A DNA stretch of 64,000 nucleotides from an uncultured delta proteobacterium (GTDB lineage: Bacteria; Myxococcota_A; Polyangia; Polyangiales; JAFGIB01), in NCBI GenBank assembly GCA_963778655.1, contig CAVZVA010000005.1, forward strand, positions 768,001 through 832,000, written 5' to 3'. Of this stretch, positions 8,964-18,405 are shown piece by piece. The first letter of the stretch is position 1. Every line of letters begins with the position of its first letter. The translations under genes were made by a program, and so were the position numbers. The notes beneath the pieces are model-generated. The model was given only the letters and a program-made list of their open reading frames with translations. It had not been told where the DNA came from and searched no databases.

Positions 8964-10202
8964 CTACTGCTTGGCGGCTTGCGGAAAGATCACCCGGCCG
9001 AAACGGTTCAGGGTGTGGAAGTCGCCGATCAGCGGCGGCGACCAGCCGACCGCGCGCTGGCCGTCCCGGCGCGCGTCCAGCACGAAGAAGTTCATGCGCC
9101 AGGTGGCGCCCGCGGCCGGCGGCGCGGCCGGAGTGGGACCGGCGGCGAATGCCTTCCATGGGATCGCCATCTCCACGTCGTAGCCCTGATCGGCCTCGTC
9201 GTCGTTGGGCTTGCCCCGCAGCAGCACCTTGGCCTTGGTCATGCTCGACCATGCCACATCACCGAAGGGCTGAGGCAAGCGCCGCGAATCGTAGCGGGTG
9301 TCGAACACGAGCCCGGTGGGCGCGACCTGGATCTCGAAGTAGTTCTTGCCGTCGCCGTCCGGGTCGAGCATCAGCTCGACCGCGTCCTGCTCCCACAGGT
9401 GGTCGTCGGGCTTCTTGAAGGTGCTCTTGAGGTAGTCGTCCGCCACCTGGAAGCCGACGTAGAGCTGCTCGGCGTCGTACACCACGCGCGCGCTCGCGGC
9501 GAAGGCGCCGTGCGCGCCCGTCATCGTTTGCACGAAGGGCCCCGAGGGCTGCGCGCTCTTCCAGTCAGCCTCGTCGAGCTTGCCGTCCAGCTTGATCGGG
9601 CCGGTCGCATGGCGTGCGATCAAGCGCGGCAGCTCGTGGGTCTCGGCCTGCACGCTCGTCACCGGTACGCGCAGTGCCTGCGCACGGTTCTTGCCGTCGT
9701 TGGGGCCGCGCGTCACCCGCAGGCGCTTGTCCCCACGCCAGAAGCCGACATAGAACAGCGCCGCGTTGGAGTGCCAGTTGGCCGGCAGCGTGATCTCCTG
9801 GACGTCTTTGATGAAGTCGCCCTTCTTCCACTGGGCAGCGGGATAGACCTCGCGCAGAGGACGCTGGGCGTCGAGGTTCACACGATTGGCCTTGGCCGCG
9901 TCCGCCAGGTGGGTGAAGATCTTCCAGCCGTCGCCCAGCGGCGCATCGACCTGCCAGTACCAGGTGACGGTGAGGCTCTGGCCCTCGTGGGCCTGCGGGC
10001 TGCTCAGATCGTAGCCGAGCAGCCGCACCTTGTCCTCGAAGCGGATGTCCAGCGGGTGCTGCGGCTTGGGCGCGCTGTGCGACACGATCTGCGCGGCGAG
10101 CTCCTGGCTGGCCTTGGACAACCGCCTCTGTTTCTGCACGCAGCCGCCCGTCGCGACGACCAGCGCCAGTACTGCGATCCAGATCGGGGACGCGAGCTTC
10201 AT
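8964..10202 (-). CDS. Lipoprotein with CBM9-like (DOMON-like) sugar-binding domain
   Basis: Lipobox ATGGC; IKLDGKLDEADW, LYVGFQV.D, LWEQDAVELMLDPDGDG..YFEIQV.P.G, EMAIPW, WRMNFF, DFH...FG; N-terminal Wzt-C-like region VRLLGYDL. Confidence 0.82.
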   Translation of the reverse strand: MKLASPIWIAVLALVVATGGCVQKQRRLSKASQELAAQIVSHSAPKPQHPLDIRFEDKVRLLGYDLSSPQAHEGQSLTVTWYWQVDAPLGDGWKIFTHLADAAKANRVNLDAQRPLREVYPAAQWKKGDFIKDVQEITLPANWHSNAALFYVGFWRGDKRLRVTRGPNDGKNRAQALRVPVTSVQAETHELPRLIARHATGPIKLDGKLDEADWKSAQPSGPFVQTMTGAHGAFAASARVVYDAEQLYVGFQVADDYLKSTFKKPDDHLWEQDAVELMLDPDGDGKNYFEIQVAPTGLVFDTRYDSRRLPQPFGDVAWSSMTKAKVLLRGKPNDDEADQGYDVEMAIPWKAFAAGPTPAAPPAAGATWRMNFFVLDARRDGQRAVGWSPPLIGDFHTLNRFGRVIFPQAAKQ

Positions 10203-10253
10203 CGGCAGATCTCCGAGCAAGCGTGAGCACACCTGATAGCGTTCTTTGGGATC

Positions 10254-10356
10254 ACGGGAAGACGGGGAGGGCTTATTCTCCAAGACCGCTGTGCAGCCAC
10301 GGCCCTTGCGCGAGATCCGAGAGCCAAAGAGACTTCCCGCCTGCTCGTCTTCCTGT
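10254..10356. repeat. Intergenic element with imperfect 17-bp inverted arms built from GGGAAGRC units
   Basis: ACGGGAAGACGGGGAGG (10254-10270) vs reverse complement of CCTGCTCGTCTTCCTGT (10340-10356), 14/17 identical. Confidence 0.6.
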
Positions 10357-10391
10357 TTCATGCTTCTTCCGGGCGAGCCTGCCCCCCCGAA

Positions 10392-11984
10392 TCACCGCCG
10401 CGATTTCTTGCGTGCCTTCTTTTGAGCTTTGCGCAAAGCCTTGCGTTTGGCTGCGTCCAGCTTGGGCCGCCGCGCCCCCGGCGCGCCCCGTGCGCCCAGC
10501 GCGCCGCCGCCCGGCCCGCCCGCGACCGCCGCCTCGAGCAGCGTGTCGGCCAGGTTGGCCATCATCGGGTTGTACTCCAGGCCGCCGGTCTTGACCGCGT
10601 CGCGCAAGCGGTTGGCCATCGCCAGCTGCTTCATTCCCGGCAGCCGTTGCAGCAGGCCGGCCTGCTGGCCGATCTGACCCATCAGGCTCTGCATGAAGCC
10701 GAAGCGCTGCAGCAGGTCGGCTACCTCGCGGTCGCTGCGGCCGCTGCCCTTGGCCACGCGCTTGAGCCGGCTCGGCTGCTCGGCGAACAGCGCGGGCCGC
10801 TTGCGCTCGGCCTTGGTCATCGAGCTGACGATGGCGCGGATGCGGTCGAGCTCGCGCTCGTCGACCTGGAAGCCGTCCGGCATGCTGTCGGCGAAGAACG
10901 GCAGCTTCTCCATCATGTCCTGCAGCGGGCCCATCTGCCGCAGCGTGCCGAGCTGCTCCAGGAAGTCGTCGAAGGTGAACTGGCCCTGCAGCATGCGCTT
11001 GGCGTCGCGCTCGGCCTTCTCCTCGTCGACGACTTCCTCGAAGTCCTTCATCAAGCCGACGATGTCGCCGAAGCCGAGGATGCGGCTGGCCATGCCGTCG
11101 GCGCGGAACTCCTCCAGCCGATCCATGTCCTCGCCCACGCCGGCGAAGCGAATCGGAGCGCCAGTCACCTCGCGAACCGAAAGCGCGGCGCCGCCGCGGG
11201 CGTCGCCGTCGAGCTTGGTCAGCGCCACGCCGGTGAGCCCGAGCCGGTCGTGGAAGGCCGCGGCGGTCTTGACCGAGTCCTGGCCGATCATCGCGTCGAT
11301 CACCAGCAGGATGTTCTGCGGCCGCACGCGATCCTTGATCGCGACCAGCTCCTGCATCAGCTCTTCGTCGATCGCCAGCCGGCCGGCGGTATCGTAGATG
11401 ACCGTGTCGCACTTGAGCTTGCGCGCCTCGGCCTGCGCCCGAAAGCAGATCTCGATCGGCTGCGCGCCAGGCAGCGAGAACACCGGAATCGAAAGCCGCT
11501 CGCCCAGCACTTGCAGCTGCTCGACCGCGCCGGGGCGCTGCATGTCGGCGGCCACGAGCAACGGGCGGTGCTGTTCCTTCTCCAGGTAGCGCGCCAGCTT
11601 GGCCGCCGTTGTGGTCTTGCCCGAGCCCTGCAGGCCCACCATCATGATGCCGGTCAGCGCAGGTCGCGGCGCGAAGCTCAGCGCCTCGCCCTCGGCCTGC
11701 ATCAGCGCGACCAGCTCGTCCTGGCAGATCTTGATGAACAGCTCGCTCGGGCCGATGCGGACCTTCTTGCCCTTGAGCGTGGCCGCGCTCTTGACCGCCT
11801 CGCCGACGGCCTTCTCCTTGACGCTGGCCAGGAAGCGCTTGACCACGCCCAGCTCGACGTCGGCCTCGAGCAGCGACAGGCGGACGTCGCGCAGGGCCTG
11901 GTCGATGTTGTCTTCGGTCAGCTCGGTGACGCCGGCCAGGCGATTCTTTGCTGAGCGAAATCCCTTGCTGAGCGCGTCAAACAT
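10392..11984 (-). CDS. ffh: Signal recognition particle protein Ffh (SRP54)
   Basis: GLQGSGKTT, DTAGRL, TKLDGDARGGAALS, Met-rich M domain (SMTKAER, RVAKGSG); start MFDALSKG at 11984. Confidence 0.97.
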   Translation of the reverse strand: MFDALSKGFRSAKNRLAGVTELTEDNIDQALRDVRLSLLEADVELGVVKRFLASVKEKAVGEAVKSAATLKGKKVRIGPSELFIKICQDELVALMQAEGEALSFAPRPALTGIMMVGLQGSGKTTTAAKLARYLEKEQHRPLLVAADMQRPGAVEQLQVLGERLSIPVFSLPGAQPIEICFRAQAEARKLKCDTVIYDTAGRLAIDEELMQELVAIKDRVRPQNILLVIDAMIGQDSVKTAAAFHDRLGLTGVALTKLDGDARGGAALSVREVTGAPIRFAGVGEDMDRLEEFRADGMASRILGFGDIVGLMKDFEEVVDEEKAERDAKRMLQGQFTFDDFLEQLGTLRQMGPLQDMMEKLPFFADSMPDGFQVDERELDRIRAIVSSMTKAERKRPALFAEQPSRLKRVAKGSGRSDREVADLLQRFGFMQSLMGQIGQQAGLLQRLPGMKQLAMANRLRDAVKTGGLEYNPMMANLADTLLEAAVAGGPGGGALGARGAPGARRPKLDAAKRKALRKAQKKARKKSRR

Positions 11985-12115
11985 GGCAGGTGGAAACGGG
12001 TTTCGCCCTGCGACGCCGGCGAGCCCGATGCAAAACGCGGTGCAGGTCGAGGTCTCGCAACGCGGCCGCCGGGCCCATCCCGCCCGGAAGGGGCGTTGAG
12101 CGGTTTGTGAGACGC

Positions 12116-12145
12116 GCTCTAGCATGGGGCGCTCGGCGGAGGCAA
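12116..12145 (-). promoter_or_regulatory. Possible sigma70 promoter of ffh
   Basis: Minus strand TTGCCT-N18-TAGAGC with an extended -10 TG. Confidence 0.35.
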
Positions 12146-12240
12146 GCGTGCGCCGCGCGCGGCCGCAGCCCGCGGGGGGTAGGGCTGACGAGAGACGGGT
12201 TGACCGCCCGGGGCCGGCGTAGAATCGTCGCTGGCGGCGT

Positions 12241-15024
12241 ATGACGCAGGACCCGCCGAGCCGACTCCCGCCCCCCGGCGACCCACGCACGCTCTACGTG
12301 GTGGACATCAGCGGCTACTTGTTCCGCGCGTACCACGCGCTGCCGCCGCTGAGCAGCCCGCACGGCGAGCCGACCGGCGCAGTGCTGGGTGTCACCACCA
12401 TGTTGCAGAAGCTGATGCAGGAGCGCCAGCCGGCGCTGCTGGCGGTGGCGATGGACTCGCGCACGCCGTCCTTTCGCGAGCAGCGCTATGCCCAGTACAA
12501 GGCACACCGGCCGCCGGTGCCGCCTGAGCTCTCGCAACAGATCGCGCGCGTGAAGGACGTGGTGGACGCGTTCGCGCTGCCGGTGTTCCAGCAGGACGGG
12601 GTCGAGGCCGACGACCTGATCGCGTCGCTGGTGAAGCTCGCGCGCGCCGAGGGCCTGCAGGTGGTGATCGTCAGCAGCGACAAGGATCTGATGCAGCTGG
12701 TCGGCGGCGACGTGTGGATGCTCGACACCATGCGCGACGCCGTGCTCGGCCCACCCGAGGTGCAGGCCAAGCTCGGGGTGCCGCCCGCGCAGGTGCGGGA
12801 CTACCTGGCGCTGGTGGGCGACAGCTCGGACAACGTGCCGGGCGTGCCTTCGGTGGGCCCCAAGACCGCGACCGAGCTGCTGCGCGCGCACGGCGACCTC
12901 GAGCACCTGTACGCGCAGCTCGAGCAGGTGGAGCGCAAGGCGCTGCGGCAGAAGCTCATCGACCACCGCGAGCAGGCGTTCCTGAGCCGCGAGCTGGTCA
13001 CGCTCAAGGACGACCTTGCGCTCGAGACGGACGCCGCGCGACTTGCGCTGCCGCCGCCGGATCCGGAGCGGCTGCGGCCGCTGTTTACCGAGCTGGGCTT
13101 CACGCGCTTGCTGGCGCAGCTCGGTCCGGCCGCGGGCGCGACCGCCGCTCGCTCGCCCGAGCCCACGACGCAGCCGCAAGCCGGCGGCCAAGCAGCGCGG
13201 CCAGCCGCGACCCCTGCCGCGGACCAAGGCTGTACGACCGTCTACAGCGAGGCGGAGCTGAGCGCGCTTGCGACGGGCTTGGGCGCAGCCGAGCGCGTGG
13301 CGCTGCTGTGTCTGCTGGACGGCGGGCACCCGGTCTCGGGCACGTTGATCGGTCTGGCGTTCGCGTTCGAAGGCCAGGCCGCGTACGTGCCGCTCGCACA
13401 CAGCTACCTCGGCTGCCCGGCGCAGCTGCCGCGTGAGCAAGTGCTGGGCCGGCTGCGCGAGGCCCTGGGCGGCGCGCGCCCGGAGAAGGTGTGCGCCGAC
13501 GCCAAGCACGAGATGATGGTGCTGGCGGCTGCGGGCGTGCCGCTCGGCGCGGTCGGCTTCGACGTGATGCTGGCGAGCTACCTGATCGATCCCGAGGGCC
13601 ACGGCCACCGGCTCGACGAGGTCGCGCGCTTCGAGCTCGACCGCACCCTCGATCCGGGTGACAAGCCCCTGCTCGCGCACAGGCTGGAGCAAGGTGCGCT
13701 CTCGGGCGTGGCGATCGAGACGCTCGGCCCGCGCGCGACCGCGCTGGCACGCCTGGTCCTGCAGGCCCGCGAGGTCCTGGTGCCGCGGCTGGACGCCGTG
13801 GGCTGCAGCGCGCTGCTGCGCGACATCGAGCTGCCGCTGGCGCGCGTGCTGGCGGAGATGGAGCTGACCGGGGTGCGCGTGGACGCAAGCCTGCTGGCGC
13901 GGCTGTCGCAGTCGGTGGCCGAGCAGCTGGTGCAGATGGAGCAGCGCTGCAAGCAGCTCGCGGGGCACGACTTCAACGTGGGCTCGCCGCGCCAGCTGGA
14001 GACAATTCTCTTCGACGAGCTCGAGCTGCCCGTGATCAAGCGCACCAAGACCGCGCGCTCCACCGACCACGCCGTGCTCGAGGATCTGGCGCTGCTGCAC
14101 GACCTGCCGGCGGCGATTCTCGAGCACCGCATGCTGGCCAAGCTCAAGAGCACCTACCTCGACGCGCTGCCGCGCGAGATCAACCCGCGCAGCGGGCGCA
14201 TCCACACCGATTTTCGCCAGGCGGTCGCTGCCACCGGCAGGCTCTCGTCGAGCGACCCGAACCTGCAGAACATCCCGATCCGCAGCGAGATCGGGCGCTC
14301 GATCCGGCATGCCTTCGTGGCGCGTGATGGCTGGCAGCTGCTGTCGGCCGATTACTCACAGATCGAGCTACGGGTGCTCGCACACCTGAGCCATGATCGC
14401 GAGCTGATGGACGCGTTCTCGCGCGGCGCCGACGTCCACACCCGCACCGCGCGCGCGATCTTCGGCGTCGACGAGAGCGCGGTCACACGCGAGATGCGCG
14501 GGCAGGCCAAGACCGTCAACTACGCGGTGATCTACGGGCAGACCCAGTTCGCGCTGGCGCGCAACCTGCGCATCGAGCGCAGCCAGGCCGCACGTTACAT
14601 CAAGGCGTTCTTCGAGCAGTACGCGGGCGTGGCCGCGTACATGGACCGGATCGTGGCCGAGGCGACCGAGCGCGGAGAGGTGCGCACGCTGTGCGGGCGC
14701 GTCCGCAAGCTGCCCGATCTGCGGGCTCCAAACCGCGTGCAGCGCCAGGCCGCCGAGCGGGTCGCGCGCAACACGCCGATCCAGGGCAGCGCCGCGGACA
14801 TCATCAAGCTGGCGATGATCGCGGTCCAGCGCGAGCTGCACCAGCAGCAGCTGCAGGCCAAGATGCTGCTCACGGTGCACGACGAGCTGGTGTTCGAGGC
14901 CCCGCCGGAGGAGCGCGAGGCGCTCGAGCGGATGGTGCGCGAGCGCATGGAGCACGTGATGCCGCTGGATGTGCCGCTGGTGGTCGACACCGGCTGGGGC
15001 CAGAGCTGGGGCGACGCCCACTGA
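12241..15024 (+). CDS. polA: DNA polymerase I
   Basis: 5'-3' exonuclease (YLFRAYHA, EADD, GDSSDNVPGV); polymerase motifs TGRLSSSDPNLQNIP, SADYSQIELR, AKTVNYAVIYG, TVHDELVFE. Confidence 0.98.
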   Translation: MTQDPPSRLPPPGDPRTLYVVDISGYLFRAYHALPPLSSPHGEPTGAVLGVTTMLQKLMQERQPALLAVAMDSRTPSFREQRYAQYKAHRPPVPPELSQQIARVKDVVDAFALPVFQQDGVEADDLIASLVKLARAEGLQVVIVSSDKDLMQLVGGDVWMLDTMRDAVLGPPEVQAKLGVPPAQVRDYLALVGDSSDNVPGVPSVGPKTATELLRAHGDLEHLYAQLEQVERKALRQKLIDHREQAFLSRELVTLKDDLALETDAARLALPPPDPERLRPLFTELGFTRLLAQLGPAAGATAARSPEPTTQPQAGGQAARPAATPAADQGCTTVYSEAELSALATGLGAAERVALLCLLDGGHPVSGTLIGLAFAFEGQAAYVPLAHSYLGCPAQLPREQVLGRLREALGGARPEKVCADAKHEMMVLAAAGVPLGAVGFDVMLASYLIDPEGHGHRLDEVARFELDRTLDPGDKPLLAHRLEQGALSGVAIETLGPRATALARLVLQAREVLVPRLDAVGCSALLRDIELPLARVLAEMELTGVRVDASLLARLSQSVAEQLVQMEQRCKQLAGHDFNVGSPRQLETILFDELELPVIKRTKTARSTDHAVLEDLALLHDLPAAILEHRMLAKLKSTYLDALPREINPRSGRIHTDFRQAVAATGRLSSSDPNLQNIPIRSEIGRSIRHAFVARDGWQLLSADYSQIELRVLAHLSHDRELMDAFSRGADVHTRTARAIFGVDESAVTREMRGQAKTVNYAVIYGQTQFALARNLRIERSQAARYIKAFFEQYAGVAAYMDRIVAEATERGEVRTLCGRVRKLPDLRAPNRVQRQAAERVARNTPIQGSAADIIKLAMIAVQRELHQQQLQAKMLLTVHDELVFEAPPEEREALERMVRERMEHVMPLDVPLVVDTGWGQSWGDAH

Positions 15025-15113
15025 GCCACCCGACAGCCCGCGGCTCTAAGGAGCCGAGCACAAATAGCCTGATCACGGCCGGCTTGTCGGCGCAGTCCTT
15101 CGTGTGCCCCGCC

Positions 15114-16316
15114 TCAGCCGCGTAACAGGCCGCCGAGCCGTTGCAGCAGGCGCAGCGGCAGCGGGCGCTCGTCGTGACGCAGCACGCTGCCCGGACCCAG
15201 CCGCAAGCGCTGGCCGCGCCACTCGGTGCTGCGCGAGAAGAGCGCGTACAGCCAGATCGCGGCCAGCAGCAGATCGCGCGCGGGCGTGACCCACAGCTGG
15301 GCCGGGCCCAGGCCGTGGCCGCGGAAGCGCGCGAGCAGGCGCGCGTCCCAGTAGCACTTGTAGAGCCACACGCCGGCGGCGAGCGCGAGCAGCCGCGGGT
15401 CGAAGCCGCCGGCGAGCCAGGCCGCAAGGGCAAGCGCAAACGGATTGCTCCCGAGGTCCGCGGCATAGCCGGCCCTAGACACCACGGCCCGCATCTTGAG
15501 CCAACGCGCGTGCCGGGCCGCGACCTGCCGCAAGGAGGTGTTTGCGTTGACGTTGGCCACGGCGGTCGTCGACAACACCACGCGCTTACCGTGCTGCTGG
15601 TAGCGCTGGCACAGCACATAGTCCTCCGCCAGCACGTCCTTGACGCAGGCCAGCCCGCCGATCGCCTCGAGCTCGCTACGCCGCAGCAGCATCGACTTCC
15701 CCAGCACGCAGGTGATGCCCGCCAGCTCCTCGGCCATGCACAAGCCGGGCGCCACGAAAGCCGTCAGCTGCAGGTTCTCGAGCGCGGCCCCGGCCGTGCG
15801 CTCGCCGACGCCCACCACCACGCTACCGATCAGCGCGGCGTCTTGGCTCAGCATCTCGCCCACCAGCTGGCGCAGATAGCCGGTGGGCAGGCGCACGTTG
15901 GCGTCGCTCTGCAGCAGCAAATCGTGGCGAGCGTGCAGCAGCGCGCCGCGGATGTTGCTGACCTTGGGGTTGAGGCCGAAGTCATCGCGCGCCAGCACGA
16001 AATCGCTCTGCACCTCGGGGTAGTCGCGGGCGACCCGCCGTGCCACGGCCATGCCCGGATCGCCGGCCTCGGTGCTGGAGAACACGATCTGACGCGGCGC
16101 CGGGTAGGCCTGCTCGAAGAAGGAACGCAGATTCAGCTCCAGCTCGTCCTCGAGGCCCTTGATCGGCTTGAGCAGCGTCACGGGGGGCAGCGCTTCCGGC
16201 TCGCGCCCGGGGGGCTTGCGCGCGGTGAAGCGCCAGATCGCCCACATCCCGACGCGATGAAACAGCAGGGTCACCCCGCACAGGGCCAGCAGAATCGATG
16301 CCGTGGTCGAGAACAT
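15114..16316 (-). CDS. GT21 glycosyltransferase (HpnI/ceramide glucosyltransferase-like)
   Basis: N-terminal TM, LLKPIKG, NPKVSN, SDANV, LAEDY, RHARW, C-terminal WRG; start ATG 16316. Confidence 0.85.
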   Translation of the reverse strand: MFSTTASILLALCGVTLLFHRVGMWAIWRFTARKPPGREPEALPPVTLLKPIKGLEDELELNLRSFFEQAYPAPRQIVFSSTEAGDPGMAVARRVARDYPEVQSDFVLARDDFGLNPKVSNIRGALLHARHDLLLQSDANVRLPTGYLRQLVGEMLSQDAALIGSVVVGVGERTAGAALENLQLTAFVAPGLCMAEELAGITCVLGKSMLLRRSELEAIGGLACVKDVLAEDYVLCQRYQQHGKRVVLSTTAVANVNANTSLRQVAARHARWLKMRAVVSRAGYAADLGSNPFALALAAWLAGGFDPRLLALAAGVWLYKCYWDARLLARFRGHGLGPAQLWVTPARDLLLAAIWLYALFSRSTEWRGQRLRLGPGSVLRHDERPLPLRLLQRLGGLLRG

Positions 16317-16401
16317 CGCGTCGCCTTTGCAGCCGGGCGGACTATGGCATCTCCGCTGCGGCTGGTGCAAACCGCCCGCCGAAGCGTGGTAAGACCGTGC
16401 C

Positions 16402-16980
16402 ATGGGCGGCGTTGGCCAGGGGGACGAGCAGGGCCAGGACGGGCCCCGGGCGCTCGGATGCGCCCCGCTCGAGGTCCCGCAGATCGGCGCGCGGCTATGG
16501 GCCGCCTGGAGCGAGCGCGGACTCTTGCACCTGAGCTGGGCCGCGGCCGGCGCCGGCCCTGCCGCCACGTTCGGCGCCGCGCACCCGCCCCAGGCCGCGC
16601 TGCCCGAGCCCTACCGCGGCGTGCTCGAGGCCTACCTACAGGGCGAGCCCGTGGACCCGGCGACGCTGCCGGTCGACCCCTGGGGCACGCCGTTTCAGCG
16701 CCGGGTTTGGGCCGCGCTGCGCGAGATCCCACGCGGCCGCGTGCGCAGCTACGCGGCGATCGCCAACGCGATCGGCTCCCCGCGGGCGATGCGCGCGGTG
16801 GGCGGGGCCAACGGCAAGAATCCGGTGGCGATCGCGATTCCTTGTCACCGCGTGATCGAGGCCGGGGCGCGCCTGGGGGGCTACAGCGGCGGCCTGCACA
16901 TCAAGCGCTTCTTGCTCGCGCTGGAAGGCGCCCGCGTGGTGGGCGATCGGGTGCAACCCGGCCAGCTCGAGCTGCTGTAG
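16402..16980 (+). CDS. ogt: Methylated-DNA-protein-cysteine methyltransferase
   Basis: GTPFQRRVW, IP.G..RSY, RAVGGANGKNP, active site PCHRV, LGGYSGGL..KRFLL.LEG. Confidence 0.93.
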   Translation: MGGVGQGDEQGQDGPRALGCAPLEVPQIGARLWAAWSERGLLHLSWAAAGAGPAATFGAAHPPQAALPEPYRGVLEAYLQGEPVDPATLPVDPWGTPFQRRVWAALREIPRGRVRSYAAIANAIGSPRAMRAVGGANGKNPVAIAIPCHRVIEAGARLGGYSGGLHIKRFLLALEGARVVGDRVQPGQLELL

Positions 16981-16998
16981 AGCCGCCAGGACCAAGAC

Positions 16999-17026
16999 AC
17001 AAGAAGGCGGGAAGACGGGAAGGCGG
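16999..17026. repeat. Tandem GGGAAGRC octamer repeat (dispersed family)
   Basis: AC-AAGAAGGC-GGGAAGAC-GGGAAGGC-GG downstream of ogt. Confidence 0.6.
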
Positions 17027-17095
17027 CTCTGGCAACCTCGCCAGTGGCACTCGCCGTGCCCGCGAGCGAGGGCTGTGCTACAGGTCCCAGCTGCC

Positions 17096-17713
17096 ATGGA
17101 CCTCCTGCACCAGCTCATCCTGTTCATCCGCGATCCCTCGTACATCGCGGAGCTCGGCTATCCCACGCTCGCGCTGATCATCTTCCTGGAGACTGGGGCG
17201 CTGGTGTTCTTCTTGCCGGGCGATTCGCTGCTGGTGACCGCTGGCTTGTACGCGGCGGCGGGCAAGCTCGATCTGCTGACGCTCAATCTGCTGCTGGTCC
17301 CGGCCGCGTGCTTGGGTCCGGTGCTGTCCTACTGGATCGGCGCCAGCACCGGCACCCTGCTGATGACGCGCGCGCGCACGCGCTTCTTCAGGCCCGAGCA
17401 CGTGGTGCTCGCGCACCAATTCTACGAGCGTCACGGCGGCAAGGCGATCGTGCTGGCGCGCTTCATGCCCGTGCTGCGCACCTTCGTCCCGGTGGTCGCC
17501 GGCATCGGCAAGATGTCCTACCCGCGTTACGCGCTGTTCACCGTGATCGGCGCGGCCGGGTGGGTCATCTCGATGACCGTGATCGGCTTCTTCGTGGGCA
17601 TGACCCCGCTGGGCAAGCACATCGAGCTGGTGCTCGCCGCGGTGATCATCCTCTCCATCTCCCCCGGTCTGATCGCCTGGCTCAAGACCCGCAAGCAGAA
17701 CGCCGTGAGCTGA
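17096..17713 (+). CDS. DedA family (VTT domain) membrane protein
   Basis: IIFLETG..FFLPGDSLL..AG, SYWIG, HGGKAIVLARFMPVLRTF.P.VAG. Confidence 0.93.
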   Translation: MDLLHQLILFIRDPSYIAELGYPTLALIIFLETGALVFFLPGDSLLVTAGLYAAAGKLDLLTLNLLLVPAACLGPVLSYWIGASTGTLLMTRARTRFFRPEHVVLAHQFYERHGGKAIVLARFMPVLRTFVPVVAGIGKMSYPRYALFTVIGAAGWVISMTVIGFFVGMTPLGKHIELVLAAVIILSISPGLIAWLKTRKQNAVS

Positions 17714-17718
17714 GCCCC

Positions 17719-18405
17719 CTACGCAACCAGCCGTCCTGCCTCCAGCCGCATCACCCGCGCCCCCAACGCCGCCGCGAACGCCGCGTCGTGCGTGACCGTC
17801 AGCACCGCCAGCCCTTCGCCGATCAACCCCCGCAGCAAGTCGGCCAGCGCCTGTCCGCGCTCCGGATCGAGCGCGCTGGTCGGCTCGTCCAGCAGCAGGA
17901 TCTCCGGCTCCATCGCCAGCGCGCGCGCGATCGCCACCCGCTGCTGCTCACCGCCCGAGAGCTCGCGCGGATACGCCGCCGCGCGGTGCCCCACGCCCAC
18001 CTTCTCCAGCAGCGCCAGCGCGCGCGCGCGCGCCGCCTCCGCCGCCTCGCGCTTCACGTAGAGCGGCCCTTCGGTGACGTTCTGCAGCACCGAGCGATGC
18101 GAGAACAGGTGGCAGCCCTGAAACACGAAGCCCACGCGCAAGCGCAGCGCGCGGATCGCGGCATGCAGCGCCGCGGGCGGCTGGCCCGCGACGATCTCGG
18201 TCGTGCCCACCACCACGCAGCCGCGGTCCGCCAGCTCCAGCCCGTCCAGACAGCGGATGAAAGTGGTCTTGCCCGCGCCCGACGGCCCCATCAGCGCCAG
18301 CGCCTCGCCTGCGTACAGCTGCAGCGACACGTCCTCGAAGATGCGGCGGCCGCCGAACGCCTTCGACAGCCCCAGCGTCTGCAGGGCCGCGCGTTCGCCC
18401 GCCAT
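17719..18405 (-). CDS. Polar amino-acid ABC transporter ATP-binding protein
   Basis: GPSGAGKTT, VFQ, LSGGEQQRVAIARAL, LLLDEPTSALDPE, VTHD; ATG overlaps the upstream stop (TGATG). Confidence 0.92.
   Translation of the reverse strand: MAGERAALQTLGLSKAFGGRRIFEDVSLQLYAGEALALMGPSGAGKTTFIRCLDGLELADRGCVVVGTTEIVAGQPPAALHAAIRALRLRVGFVFQGCHLFSHRSVLQNVTEGPLYVKREAAEAARARALALLEKVGVGHRAAAYPRELSGGEQQRVAIARALAMEPEILLLDEPTSALDPERGQALADLLRGLIGEGLAVLTVTHDAAFAAALGARVMRLEAGRLVA

Noticed and set aside
12200..12225. polA promoter TTGACC...TAGAAT
   Set aside because: Spacer is only 14 nt; the -10 may be real but the pair is not supportable
11985..12240. SRP RNA (ffs) next to ffh, prompted by the hairpin CGCCC-GGAAG-GGGCG
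   Set aside because: Lacks the conserved CAGG..GGAA..AGCAG domain IV pattern
17045..17060. Sigma54 promoter TGGCAC-N5-GTGC upstream of the DedA gene
   Set aside because: Also a simple GGCAC/GTGCC hairpin after ogt, and such matches are frequent in GC-rich DNA; no independent support
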